A stretch of 64,000 nucleotides of DNA from Raillietiella orientalis (lineage: Eukaryota): positions 1,302,001 to 1,366,000 of the forward strand of contig JAYWIR010000005.1 in assembly GCA_036172245.1 (NCBI GenBank), given 5' to 3'. Positions 1 through 11,466 of this stretch are shown in pieces. Under the pieces are notes generated by a model. That model ran no database searches, was not told where the DNA came from, and saw nothing but the letters and a program-made list of their open reading frames with translations. Positions within the stretch are counted from its first letter, which is position 1. Every line of letters starts with the position of its first letter. Made by a program: the position numbers and the translations under genes.

Positions 1-617
1 GCTCTTGCCCCACGTTGGTGGACACGCGGCATCGAGCGTCGCGGGTTCTCATCCCGTCAGTCAGGGTCGGCGCCAAGAATGGGCGTGCCGTGGGTTTCAA
101 ATTCCCCCCGCAAGATGACGCTGGCTGGTCTGTTCCGATGCAGCACTGCTGGAGAAGCCGGATGTCACCGCTGACCTGCCGAGATTTGAACTTTGGTCCT
201 TCGAGGTCCTTCCAGGAATCGAGGATCCGGTTCCCTTCGTGGAGTTCCCTCCGGTTGTGGAAAAGAAGCCGGTACCATGGATCTGGTTGATGCTCCCTCT
301 CGGGGGGTCGCCTCTCCAGAGTGCAAGAAGCGCGCTGCTCTCTTCGGGTAGCGTCCCTTCGGGGTTTCTCTTCAGAGGAGGAAACCAAGAGAGAATCCTT
401 CCCGGATGGCCCCTCCGGAGGGGAAATAATGGTGGAGGCCCCCCCCCCTTCGGGGTCCCTTCGAAGAGACAACCAGGGCTCACTTCGGGGTTTCCCTACC
501 AAGAGTGAGACGAACGGACACTCCTTCCTCCGGAGCCCTTCCTGGATTTCTAGGGTGATCCCTACGGGGTGACCTCCTGACCTGAAGAGTCACACGCACC
601 TTCGGGTGGCCTGGTCA
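1..617 (+). mobile_element. tRNA-headed long SINE-like element, copy A (5' end at window edge, 3' truncated, A-rich tail)
   Basis: Degenerate B box GCGTCGCGGGTTCTCATCCC near 37-56; ~213-335 nearly identical to ~4277-4400; also homologous to 16115-16955(-) and 57720-58510; A-rich run after 617. Confidence 0.65.
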
Positions 618-829
618 GAAAAAAGATTAAAAAAAAAGGCACCGATTAAAAAATCGATAAAAGCTACTGCAGGAAACACACGTGGGCATGTGTGGTCCTA
701 GGGGCACACGTAGCTCCAAGCTCCAGGTGACCTTTGAGCGAGTGGTTCCACTCAAGAAGCACTACCGTGGAGGGTGAAAGTAGGGATGGAATCCCAGATG
801 GACATCGTGACGACCGACTTTGGTGCGAT

Positions 830-960
830 TGGGGTGGGGGTGCCAGTTGTGGAAGGTGCGGCGAGAAGGACGCTCTCCCGCACCTCCTGCTGGATTGTGC
901 CGACGCCCTCCAGCCCCTTTGGGGTCGCTTCCCGACGACCCTAGGAATCCCGGCTGGCGG
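830..960 (+). pseudogene. Non-LTR retrotransposon ORF2 C-terminal zinc-knuckle fragment (zf-RVT-like)
   Basis: ORF 734-1117 contains CGRCGEKDALPHLLLDC (C-x2-C-x7-H-x4-C) followed by a downstream Trp (LQPLW), the typical LINE post-RT CCHC motif; no RT motifs nearby. Confidence 0.5.
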
Positions 961-1904
961 CGGCTCCAGGGATGTTTTGCAAACGCCTCTTCTTGCGCGC
1001 TGTTCCGCTGCCTTCGCGGGGACCGTGGCAGCGCGGGAGGTCAGAATAAGAGGACGAAACGGTAGGGACGCCAACACCCTCCTTGAAGACCGCCTCGAGA
1101 CGGCCCCACTTGGGTAACCTTCGGATAGAATTCTCCAGCCTCCTGGACAGGATGCAGAGGACGTCTTCCAGCGAAGTGTGACCCCATCCCCAGCAAAACT
1201 TTTCCTCTCATTTTTCTTTTTTGTTGGTCTGTTTCTTTCTTTTCCAGGTCTATCTCCGCCGTCGCTGTGGAAACGGACCTCTCCGGTCTACGTACGGTTG
1301 TGGCGAAACACTTGGGGGGCAACCAAGTGTTTCACCACGGCAGGACACAAAAATGTACTTTCATTATTTTTTAATAATAAATGCACCGGCGAAATAGGAT
1401 GGAAAACGTTGGTATCAACAAGCTGACACAACGGATGCAAGTAAGAAATCTCATCTTCGCGATGCTTGTCGAATCATCCACAGAGGTGGTGATGGCGAAC
1501 AGTCAGCTCATGACAAAAAAAAAAAAAAAACATTTTATATTATTTTCTTGGATTGGTTCTCTTTTGTTTTCGTTTTTTTTTTTTGGCATACACGACGGGT
1601 GAGGATGACTGAAGCCATAAAGATATGTGATCAAAATTCACTCTTTCTTTAAACATCTTTGCAGCAATGAAAAGGTGAGCTTTTAAACGCGGATGTGTGG
1701 ATGACCTCTAAGCAGACCGTGGACGGCAAACTAATAAATCTGAAACCCCGATCCAAATGAGAAATGACATCGCTGAGAATTTCATCAATGTTTCAATGTT
1801 TTTTTTTTTGCTTTTGCTTCCTCTCAGTAACTGCTTGGCCCCCTTGCTTCACGAATGCGGTCGTCAGCGAAAGAAACTCGGATTTCGATCTCTTCTGCTT
1901 ATTA

Positions 1905-2380
1905 CGAGGCTCATCTCAAAAGTAAGGGCGGATTGGATATACAGAAGGAACAAAAAAGAAGAACAAAAATGTATTTGTGGTCCTGAACACGTACATCCTC
2001 GTGTCATTTTCTACGTAGTCACCACTTTTTTTTCCAAGCACTTCTGATCCCGTGGAAGAAGCTTTTTCAAACCCTCTGCATCGAATTCCGCCGCCTGGGA
2101 GTCCGGTCAGGTCAGCAGCACTGCAGTTTTCCACTCCTCGCCTTCCCCCTCGAATCGTTCAGCCACTTCTTGAGTGCGGGAAGACGTGGTGGTCAGCGGG
2201 CGCGAGTTCAGGACAGGGTGATCGAAAAGTCCCCATTTGAATTTCGGAATTGTCTGGAATGGTGAGTACGTAGAAAAATGACACGGGGATGTACGTGTTC
2301 AAGACCACCAATACATTTTTGTTCTTCTTTTTTGTTCCTTCTGTATATCCGATTCGCCCTTACTTTTGAGATGCGCCTCG
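1905..2380 (-). mobile_element. Mariner-derived MITE / internally deleted mariner with ~120-bp inverted termini and TA target-site duplication
   Basis: TA|CGAGG at 1903-1909 and CCTCG|TA at 2376-2382; 1905-2024 is the reverse complement of 2260-2380 with few mismatches. The minus-strand interior reads, across frameshifts, KFKWGLFDHP..PELAPADHHVFP.LKKWL...SQAAEFDAEGLKKLLPRDQKCLEKSGDYVEN, the mariner transposase C-terminus (decayed YSPDLAP motif, GDYVEK end). Confidence 0.9.
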
Positions 2381-2939
2381 TAGTTTCCTTAGGTCCATCG
2401 CCAGCGCCAACAGAACTCGGGAAGAGCAGGCGGCCAAACAGTCGAGCCGGCGAAATCACAGCACGTTCGCATAACGCGAAAGGAAAAGGACAGAGATCGG
2501 CTTTTGAAAATCGTGAACCTGAAAAAGGAGGCACTCCTCGGACACACGGGGGTCGTGGCCCACCACACAGCGTGCGACAAAAAGGTTCTTCCCGTGGGCC
2601 GCCGCGCTGTCCGCAAAACGTGCGGAGCGGCGCAGCACACCGTGGAGAGGCCGGAAAGTGAAAGGACTCAGGAGGAATGGCCGATAACGGCGGTGGTGGA
2701 CTTCAGCCAGGCAAAGTCCGTATCCACGGTAGCGAAGGTGGCATCCCGGGAAGGCGCCCAACGCTGCAGAAACAAAGGCGCCAGTCCGTGTGCGAATGTC
2801 ACGTCAGTGGCCTCCGCGGCACGAGCAAAGGAAACCGCCGCGTTGGACAAAGAAATCAGGAACTCGGCGGCCCCGATCGGAACTCTGGACGAGGAGGCAG
2901 GCGCAGACGCTCTCGAAACGGGATCTGCTCGTCACACCG

Positions 2940-3330
2940 CAGTAAGAGATGTCCGTCCCGTGATGTCTGGAAGAGATTGGAACTCTGCTCAAGTGCACTC
3001 GATGGTGCCTTTTGTCAACAGCTTTTCCGTTTGCGCTGGAAGAACGCCGGGCTTGCTGAGGACTCTTTACAAGCCGAAGCATTCGATGAATTGGCAGAAG
3101 AATATTGAGAAAGTGGCATCAGTAGGCGTTGAGCAGTCTCCACTACTGTAGATCTGCATGGGCTGAGACCGTTCGTTCCCACGAAGCTATTTGGGATTAC
3201 TTCACTCGATCCGACAAGAAGCAGGGGGAATTCGTCAGGAAGAATGTCGTGGGCAGGATCGACTCGAAGGCTGAGGAATTCCCAGACTTTTCCAGGCGTC
3301 CAATGGAATTGGATGCTGGGCAGCCTCTTG
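2940..3330 (+). pseudogene. Decayed hAT-type transposase N-terminal fragment (TTF-type zinc-finger-like)
   Basis: Frame-shifted pieces SSALDGAFCQQLF / AGRTPGLLRTLYKPKHSMNWQKNIEKVA / HYCRSA resemble the TTF zinc-finger pattern (YS..DGAFC..C..F ... F.NW.K..EK...H); stops and frameshifts present. Confidence 0.4.
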
Positions 3331-3510
3331 TCTGGAAGCGCGCTCCAGCAAACGCGACGAGCAAGAACACCTGGAATTCTCGTGTCGCACATCACAACGC
3401 TTCCGCCTCTGCAAGGGATGCGTCCCTTTGACGTTCTTTCAGAACTGTTTCGCTGCTTTACTTCCAGATTTTTCTCTCATTTTTTTTTTTCTTTTCAGGT
3501 TTTCTTTTTT

Positions 3511-3790
3511 CTGGTTCTCAAGGAGTGCTGAAGAACCGTTCGCCACTTTACGGGGAGGCTTACAAACCAGGATTTCACGCCACACGAGGATGCGTGTCAC
3601 TCTTGAAGTTATAGAAGGTAATCCTCCTGTATGGACCACCCTATGAATCCAGGATGGTTCCGGAGGAAGGCGTCCGTTCCTTTCGAAGGATTCTCTCCTC
3701 GTTTCTTCCTTTGAAGAGAAAACCCGATGAGACGCTTCCCTATTTCTCTCTGAAGGGCGTGATCTGCCGTTAAGTCTCCAGGTTTCCCTT
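3511..3790 (-). mobile_element. 3' end fragment of the long SINE-like family, with A-rich tail (T-rich on + at ~3470-3510)
   Basis: Shares TCAAGGAGTGCTGAAGAACC and adjacent sequence with 16121-16300; also matches ~510-610 in reverse. Confidence 0.6.
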
Positions 3791-4144
3791 CCCAGCCGCG
3801 CGCTTCACTGCTTCGAGCCTCACTAGTGGGAGTGTCCGGGCCCTTCGTGTTTCCCGGTGAAGCGCCTCCGACCACGCCACGGTTTTCCGCGGCTGGCGCG
3901 GGCTCCACGGCAGGCCACGTCAGGCGGACGGAGCTTTCTCGCGAGGGAGGGACGCGCGGATGAAAAACTCTCGAGTCCGAGCCGGCGTAGAAGCTCCGTT
4001 GCCCGTCGCGCAGATTCCTTTCCCTTTCCCGTCGCTCGTGTTTGGGATTCCAAGAAGACGGCCGCTCGCGCAGTTCAGGAAGGTTGCGTTGGAAACCTCA
4101 GATCGGAAGAAGCTCGTCGGACGGCTGCTCGGATTCGAGTTCCC

Positions 4145-4720
4145 CCGCCGGCATCCGTGCGTGGAACGGAGCGTCGCGGGTTCGAATCCCTCCCGGGGAA
4201 GGATGGACGGACGCCGAGAGCCGTGGGTGCGCCGTGGGTTACTAATTCCTTCCGCAAGATGATGCTGGTTGTCCTTTCAGGAATCGAGGATCCGGTTCCC
4301 TTCGTGGAGTTCCCTCCGGTTGTGGAAAAGAAGCCGTTACCATGGATCTGGTTGATGCTCCCTCTCGGGGGGTCGCCTCTCCAGAGTGCAAGAAGCGCGC
4401 TACTCCTTTCGGGGAGCGCCTTTCGCGGGAATCGGGAAGCGTGCCTTCATGGTTCCTCTTCAGAGTAAGGGAAAAGAAGCAGTTTCCCTGCGGGTTCCCC
4501 CGAGAAGAAATTCCAGGAGTGGCTTCCCTCTTCCGAGAAGTCCCTCCGGAGGGAACAAGGGAAGCGGTTCTTTCTGGGGTTCCCTTCGAGCACAACCAGG
4601 TTGGAAGGTTCCCTTCGGGATTTCCCTACCAAGCGTGAGAGGAACGAACACTCTTTCCTCCGAACCCTTCACGGATTCATGGAGTGGTCCCCTTTCGGGG
4701 AGCTCCCTCACTTGAAGGAT
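4145..4720 (+). mobile_element. tRNA-headed long SINE-like element, copy B
   Basis: Anticodon-like arm TCCGT-gcGTGga-ACGGA (4154-4170) followed by T-arm/B box GGGTTCGAATCCC (4178-4190); body homologous to copy A. Confidence 0.7.
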
Positions 4721-7700
4721 TGTCTTACCCTGATGACAATGGAAGACTCCTTAGATGACCAAGTGTTGTCCACGGTGTGCCTTCCTCGTCTGCTCGCTTT
4801 GTGTGTGAGGTGAGCGGTCGCAGACTCCTGAGGTTCAGAGGAACCTCCGCGCAAAGTGGCTTAGCGGGGTTTCAGCTCTTTCTTGGCGCCCGCTCCAAGG
4901 GAGGCGACTGCAGATGAACCTCAGGACCGAGAGCGCAGTGGCTCGTCCTTGGCGCCGTCCGGACGTTCCATGGTCGCCTGCGAGATTAGAGTGGTTGGAG
5001 TTTCCGCGTCGTCACCACCCAACCCGGAGGGATTTCTCCCCCCCCCCTCCCCTTTGCGGTCTTCGGATGGAGCTGCATAGCGATCCCTGCTGAATTGCAG
5101 CCCAGGTGGGAGCAGAATTCTTCGCACCAGCAGCACGCCGGGCGGTTCGAGGCGTGCGCCGCGCGCGTGCACTCGGCCCCGAAAAGTGCAACTTCTTCAG
5201 AAAACCCGTTCCCATCGGATGTTCTCCCTGAGAGGAAATGGATGCGGTGCCCTCCTCCGTGTTATCTGTCTGCAGTGGATACTTTGGCACTTTCCTCCTC
5301 TCTCTGGGGGCTGGCTATCGGAGCAGGTGCGGATCCCGCTGCTGAGGAACACTGAAGAGGCTTCCGACGACAGTTGGATGCCTCTTGAGTGTTTCCCTCT
5401 TTTTTTTTTTTTTTTATCACCACACGCCTTGCTCAGCCCTAAAGGCACACTTTGTAACGACTCAACGATTCAATTAAAGATGCAAGACGCTGCTTTGAAA
5501 AACACCCGTGGCTAGGAAAGGTGGTTCGGCCGTACTAGCGTTGGCAAAAAAAAAGTCATAATTTGTGCTGCAGGGAAGCGTCGGTGCAGGACGCGCGCGC
5601 GAGGACGGGGAAAAGCTTCCCTGAAGAGGCAGTGGTCACGAAATCCTGCATTTTCAAGTGACTGATGGCGGACTTCCTGGGAAGCCTGATAAATTGTGCT
5701 GGAGAAGATCGGAGCGAAACCGGGTCTTCTTCGCCCAACCCACCTCGCCTTGGAGAATTCTTATCATCCCGCTGCAAATAAGGCGAAATTCCGTTCGACT
5801 GATTGCTTGGATAAACAAAAACTTGTTGAGACTTTGGGATCGACCCTCCAGCAGTTCTCGCCCAGCCTAGGATCTCTCTCTGCACTCGCACGATGCTGAG
5901 ACTGCCGAAGATCGAAAGCTGACAAACACAGAAATTTCCGCTCTGTCGTCGGATGTTGCACGAGACAAAGTGAGCGAGGAATCTGCTTCAATTCCAGGTT
6001 CACTCCAGCGCAGGTGTGACGGATGCGTTGCAGTCACTCCAGAATCCCATCTCGAGCTAATTGTCTTTTCCTTCACGGTTTGATGAACTGAACAGAAAGC
6101 TTTAACCTTGGGGCAGGAGTGGGCAAAGTACCACGAGCGCATGATCATCTCTAAAAGTGAAAAGAATTTTTTTTTTTTCAAAAAAACAATTAGGTTGGAA
6201 TGTTGGTCCATTGGGAAAACGCCAAGTGTTTTGGACGTTCCGCTGGAATTGCCGGTACACCGCGAACGACTTCGGACGACCAATCGGTGGTTCTTCGGCC
6301 TCCCAAAAACTCACCAGCAGGTTTCTTGGGTTTCGGCAACCGAATCGAACGTTCAGATTTATCACAATTTCCTCGCAGTGAACCTGCAGCATCATTGAAA
6401 ACCACAGCATTTTAGGCGGATCGTATTCGGGAGAGAGTCGCTGAATTTTTTAAAGTCGTGAGTTGCGGGCATCAAAGGTACCACAGCAAGAAACATCAGA
6501 GAAAGATCTTGTGATAGATCAGTGGTACTTGCTGGTATGTCAAGAAGCTGACCTCAATGTTTGAGGAACAGGGGAAAGCCTGTCTCTTAACACCAACATT
6601 CTTCGGCTTAGCGTGAATTATTCCGTGGGCTTACCGAAAGCATCAAGATGACCGATAGAATGCAAGCAGGCTCTAGAAGAGTACAGTATGCCTTTTTTTT
6701 TTTTAGAATCATTAGATCGAGGGCTAGAACAAAACTGCCTCCAAATGCATAGCAGAATGTTCAAGAGTTCATCTAATTTTCAGAGTTCGCCAAAAGACGT
6801 ACAGAGGATTGCTGGAAACATTTCACACTTGTAAATGGGGGTCTCCTAACTAAGTACTGGATCGGGTTGGCGACCTTGGGTCTCCAATGACTGACCCGGC
6901 GTGATTTCATCTACCATAAGCATTACAGCATGAAAAGATAGGTATGCGATCTTGTGAAAGCGTGCAAATACGAAACGAGAAGAAAAAATACATACTGAAA
7001 TTAAAAAAGAAAGTAAAAAGCGCTAGAACATAATGATATTTTTTTTTTTTTTATTCCAGTCATTTTTATAAACCCTATGTTCACTCCGGGACACATTTTT
7101 CATCACATACCGCGCGCGTTTTCTTCAGACGACGAATTGAGATAAACCGGCTGAAATCTTGGAATCAATCAAGTATCCTCGCTATTTCCAAGCTTCCTAT
7201 TTCGATTGGATACCTTTAAGAGAACGGATGTCTTTTAATCTATTAAAGTAATATTGGTAGCATTTCAGAAGCTGTATTGTCTGAAGCAGTCGGTTCTTAC
7301 TAGAACTTTTTTTTGGAAAAAAAAAAAAAAGTGCTGGATGATGAATTTTGCACGTTGCTAAGATATAGGCAAATGCAAAGGGAAGCTTGATAGCTAACGT
7401 TTGGAAATATCATAAGATCAGAAAACCGTAAATTATGCAAAGGCATGTCGAAGCAAAGTGTACAACTCCACGAAAGTTTTTTTTTCCCCTAGATACGAGC
7501 ATGGAGGAAAGAAATGGAGTCAGCAAACGGGACTGCCCTATAGGTGGGTTATCTGACTGGTTGCAGGAACGACAGTCCTCAAACAAAGATAAACTCTAAT
7601 CATATCATCAGCGAACTCGTGACAAGCGCTCATGTCTTTGCCATGAAAATAGCATCCCTCAAGATAAGACGGGGGTGAATTAGAAAGCAGTAGTGTTAGG

Positions 7701-8182
7701 CCGAATGATATGTGAAACACCAATAACATTCCCAAGCATTTTAGAAAATGAGAGAAATACGGTCCCGGTTGCTGTGAATGCACACACCGATATTTGAGTG
7801 TTTACCTTCACCAAATGTCATTCAGCCAACACTCGTGTCTTCGGCTCCTGAAATGGGATCGGATGTAATCTTCCATTTTCTGGCAGGGAGCCGAAGGATT
7901 TCGTTTTCTTGGCCGCTAAGGTTCCATTTTATTCCTTGTGGATTCGTGGTGGAACGAATATATTATGTGTACAACAAGGAAAAGTACATGGTCGCTTGCT
8001 ACTGAACTGGGTGTACAAATCTCGCTTACGACGAATCAGCTTTCCCTTTGACCAAATTCATCACTTTCCTAGTAAGGGAAAAAAGATCAGACGTTTTGGC
8101 TACTCTCGTTCTTTGCATGCCTCCTTTGTTGATGAATGAAAATCATTTTTGAAATGAGATTTTTCTTTCTTTGTTTTCTTTT

Positions 8183-8592
8183 TTGCCACAGTAAAGGTGC
8201 AGCAAAAAAAAAGAAAATTGTGTAACGCTTACTTTGATTTGAATTTAACGTCGTTACTTCATTTGAAATCACAAATTTCTTTCTCCGACCTAATCTGGAA
8301 TACTTTATGGCTGAATACTTGAATACTTAAAACACGCTTTATTACGTGATTAATTTTCTTGAATTAGCCACTTTAAATTGTGATTTTTTAAATTCATCTC
8401 TGCTCCTATATCAACTTGTAAGAGTAAACAAACTTCTTTCTAAATTTTCTGTTCATTATTTCGCACCATAGTAAAGGTGCAGCAAGAAAGAAAAGAAAAA
8501 AAATGTGTAACGATTGCTTTCATTTGCATTAGTGGTTATGTCATTCGAAATCATAAATTTGTTTCCCCGAACTAATCTTCCATACTTCGGCA
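8183..8592. repeat. Diverged local direct duplication (~125 bp; 8183-8310 and 8462-8592)
   Basis: Both copies contain AGTAAAGGTGCAGCAA...TGTGTAACG...TCATTYGAAATCAYAAATTT...CTAATCT. Confidence 0.7.
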
Positions 8593-9596
8593 TGCTTTAT
8601 TACCTGATTACTTTTCTGGAGTCATTTGCTTTATTTGAAATGGGAGAAATCTTTGTCTTTTCTCTCTTTCCTGCTTGCTTAATTATTCTCTCTCTCTGTG
8701 TGTGTTTTTTGGATCGATGGGAGCTTGGTACCCCTGCATCGAGTGAGAGACCGTTTACGTAAGAATCGGCGGCGCGCAAGTGCCCATGCGCCCGCTCGAA
8801 TCCCGTAAATTGAATATTAATGGAGGGCTGTGCCTTTGTCCGTGCACAAGTCTTTGGGGAACATGGAGGGATGTTTTCGGTTGCCACGACCACCGCGCAA
8901 AGGTGTTCATTGCGGTGCGAGCGTTGGGCGAGCCACCTCCCTGATCCCGCCTGGTCGTGGTACACCTCGGAAGGAAGGAAGGGTTCGCCCGTCCCCGAAG
9001 GCACACACACAACACGTGCAATCCGTGGGTGTTTCAGATGACGAGCTCGAGTGGAATGAACCTGAGGGGAGGAATGTTTCAACATGGGGATCTTCTCTCA
9101 ACTTGTTGCAAATCATTTTTTCCTTTTTTTTTCTTAAGAAAAAAAAAAAAAAAGTCCTCTTCTTCCTCCTGGAAGTGGTGTCGCTTCAGAAGGTGGGATG
9201 GCCGGCGGAAGACAGCTCCGGTGGTGGGAGAATCATCTCCCTCTTGCGCACTCAACACGTGTCCAACACCGAAAAGGTCACACGGTTTTATGACGGCTCA
9301 GCACATCGAAACGTGTATTTCGTATCTGATTTTCCTGTTTTCCGATGCAGTATTCTGGAAACGACTTTTTGCGAGTCAAAAAATGTTGTTACACCGAGTC
9401 TTAGCCTAATGTTTTCTTTTTTTTTCTTCTCCCCCCCCCCTCTCTCTCCCTTTGTGTGTGTGTGTGTTTCTGCGGGCACATGCTTGGATCACGCGGAGTA
9501 GCTGCTGGGAAAGCAGCTTAACGGTAAAGATAAATCACCAAAGCACTCTGGAATGCACAAGCCAGTGGAGAAGAGGTCGTCTCGAAGTTGTTGAAA

Positions 9597-11265
9597 ATGG
9601 TGCGCCGGCTGGTAGAATGTGTTCCCAATTTTTCCGAGGGCTGTAACCGTGAGGTAAATGCTGAGCGGGAGAGGCTGTGGGAATTTCATTCGATTTTTGC
9701 AGATTATTGATGCGATCGCGAATGCAATCCGTGACACCGACGGTTGTAAGCTGCTGGATGTAGATCCCGGCTCGTCTACCAACCGTACGGTGTACACTTT
9801 CGTAGGCGATCCGAACGCTGTTGTCAGTGGAGCGTTGAACGCGTCACGAGTTGCTTACAATCTCATTGACATGACGCGCCATAAGGGCGAGCATCCTCGT
9901 TTAGGGGCGCTGGACGTGTGCCCCTTCATTCCTTTGGAAGGCGTGACGGACGAGGAGTGCGTGGCAGTGGCTCGGCGGTTCGGCTCCAGCCTGAGTGAAG
10001 CCCTCAACGTGCCAGTGTACCTGTACGGCCTTGCGGCCACACAGAAGTGTCGTGAAGAGCTGCCGAAGATACGAGAGGGTGAATACGAAGGCCTGGAAGC
10101 AAAGCTGAAAAAGCCGGAATGGGCGCCGGATTTTGGAGAGGCTGTTTTTGTGCCACGCTGGGGAGCAACCGTAACGGGCGTGCGCCAGTTTCTAATTGCT
10201 TACAATGTGAACATACTGGGGACAAAGGAACAGGCTCATCGTGTTGCACTTGATGTTAGGGAACTAGGTCGAGGACAGGGAAAACCAGGGTTGCTTACTC
10301 ATTGCAGAGCCATAGGCTGGTGGCTGGATGAGGAAAACATTGCCCAGGTTTCAATGAATTTGACAGATTTTTCTGTTACTGGCATGCATCAAGCATATGA
10401 AACCTGTGTACAGCAGGCAACCCTTGCAGGAGTAGCAGCTACAGGATCTCAAATAGTAGGCCTAGTCCCACTTCGTTCTTTGTTAGATGTGGCACACTAT
10501 TATGTGGAAAAGGAGAAACTGTTGATCCTTGAGGAATCACAGAAGCTGCACTTGGCAATTCAGCGTCTTGGACTAAACAGTCTGGGGCCCTTTATTCCAG
10601 AGCAGCGCATCATTGAGTATGTTGTTGGTGGCGAAGATGGTCATCTTATGTCACTGTCGTTGAAAAATTTTGTCTTAAGTGTTGGATCAAGGACTCCAGC
10701 ACCAGGAGGTGGTTCAGTAGGGGCAGCTGTGGCAGCACTTGGAGCTGCTTTGGGAAACATGATGGCCCAGCTAACATATGGAAAACGCCAGTGGGAACAT
10801 TTGGAAGCTAAAATAAAGAATATACTTCCCCAAACATATGGAACTATGAAATCTCTTCTGCCTCTAGTGGATGCTGATACTGGGGCATTTGAAGAGTATG
10901 TGGCTGCCTTGCGTATGCCTTCAAATACTGAATCTGAGAAAGAACAAAGACAGGAAGCCATGCATAAAGGCTTGATGGCTGCCATCAGAATACCACTAAG
11001 TGTTGCTCAAGAGGCAAGCAAGCTATGGCCATCTCTTTTAGATTTGGCCAGCATAGGCAACATCACTGCTTTGTCTGACCTGCAGAGTGGTGCAGTCTGC
11101 TTGTATGCAGGCATTCGTTGTGCTTGCTTCAATGTTTTCATCAATAGTAAGAAACTGCCAGAAGGGGAAGCACGCTCAAACGTAGAGGCAGAAGCAAAGC
11201 ACTTGGAATGTGAGGCCAAGAGCCAGCTTGATGCAGTTCTTAATGCAACTGCACAACGTGAATGA
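9597..11265 (+). CDS. FTCD: Formimidoyltransferase-cyclodeaminase; exons 9597-9653 and 9703-11265 (539 aa)
   Basis: Exon 1 MVRRLVECVPNFSEGCNRE, GT..AG intron 9654-9702 (49 nt, phase 0), exon 2 IIDAIA...STNRTVYTFVG...GEHPRLGALDVCPF...IREGEYEGL...PAPGGGSV...DADTGAF; hallmark formiminotransferase and cyclodeaminase motifs. The ORF-track start at 9658 lies in the intron. Confidence 0.97.
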
Positions 11266-11460
11266 ACTTGATATACTTGAGTTGGTGTGGTGAAATAGTA
11301 TTGTTTTCATGGCATAACAAAATGCATTGAAATGGGTAAAGTTCCCTTGAGCAGTGATGAAGTATGCAAATGCATAACCAGAGAGTATGAAGAAAGGAGA
11401 CAATGATATCTGAGCAACTTCCCCATGTTGACTTTTAGATATGGAAAATCTGTAAAGAAC

Positions 11461-11466
11461 AATAAA
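11461..11466 (+). promoter_or_regulatory. Candidate polyadenylation signal of FTCD
   Basis: AATAAA ~200 nt after the FTCD stop codon. Confidence 0.45.

Noticed and set aside
2504..3151. 215-aa ORF as an intact gene
   Set aside because: The recognisable transposase-like motifs are split across three frames; it is a decayed relic, not a coherent protein.
3520..3560. Hammerhead ribozyme at CTGAAGA motifs (also ~16131, ~5621 and CTGATGA at ~4730)
   Set aside because: None has a proper stem II followed by GAAA plus stem III and stem I pairing.
9658..9702. ORF-track start MLSGRGCGNFIRFLQ for FTCD
   Set aside because: Lies inside the 49-nt intron; the conserved N-terminus starts at 9597.
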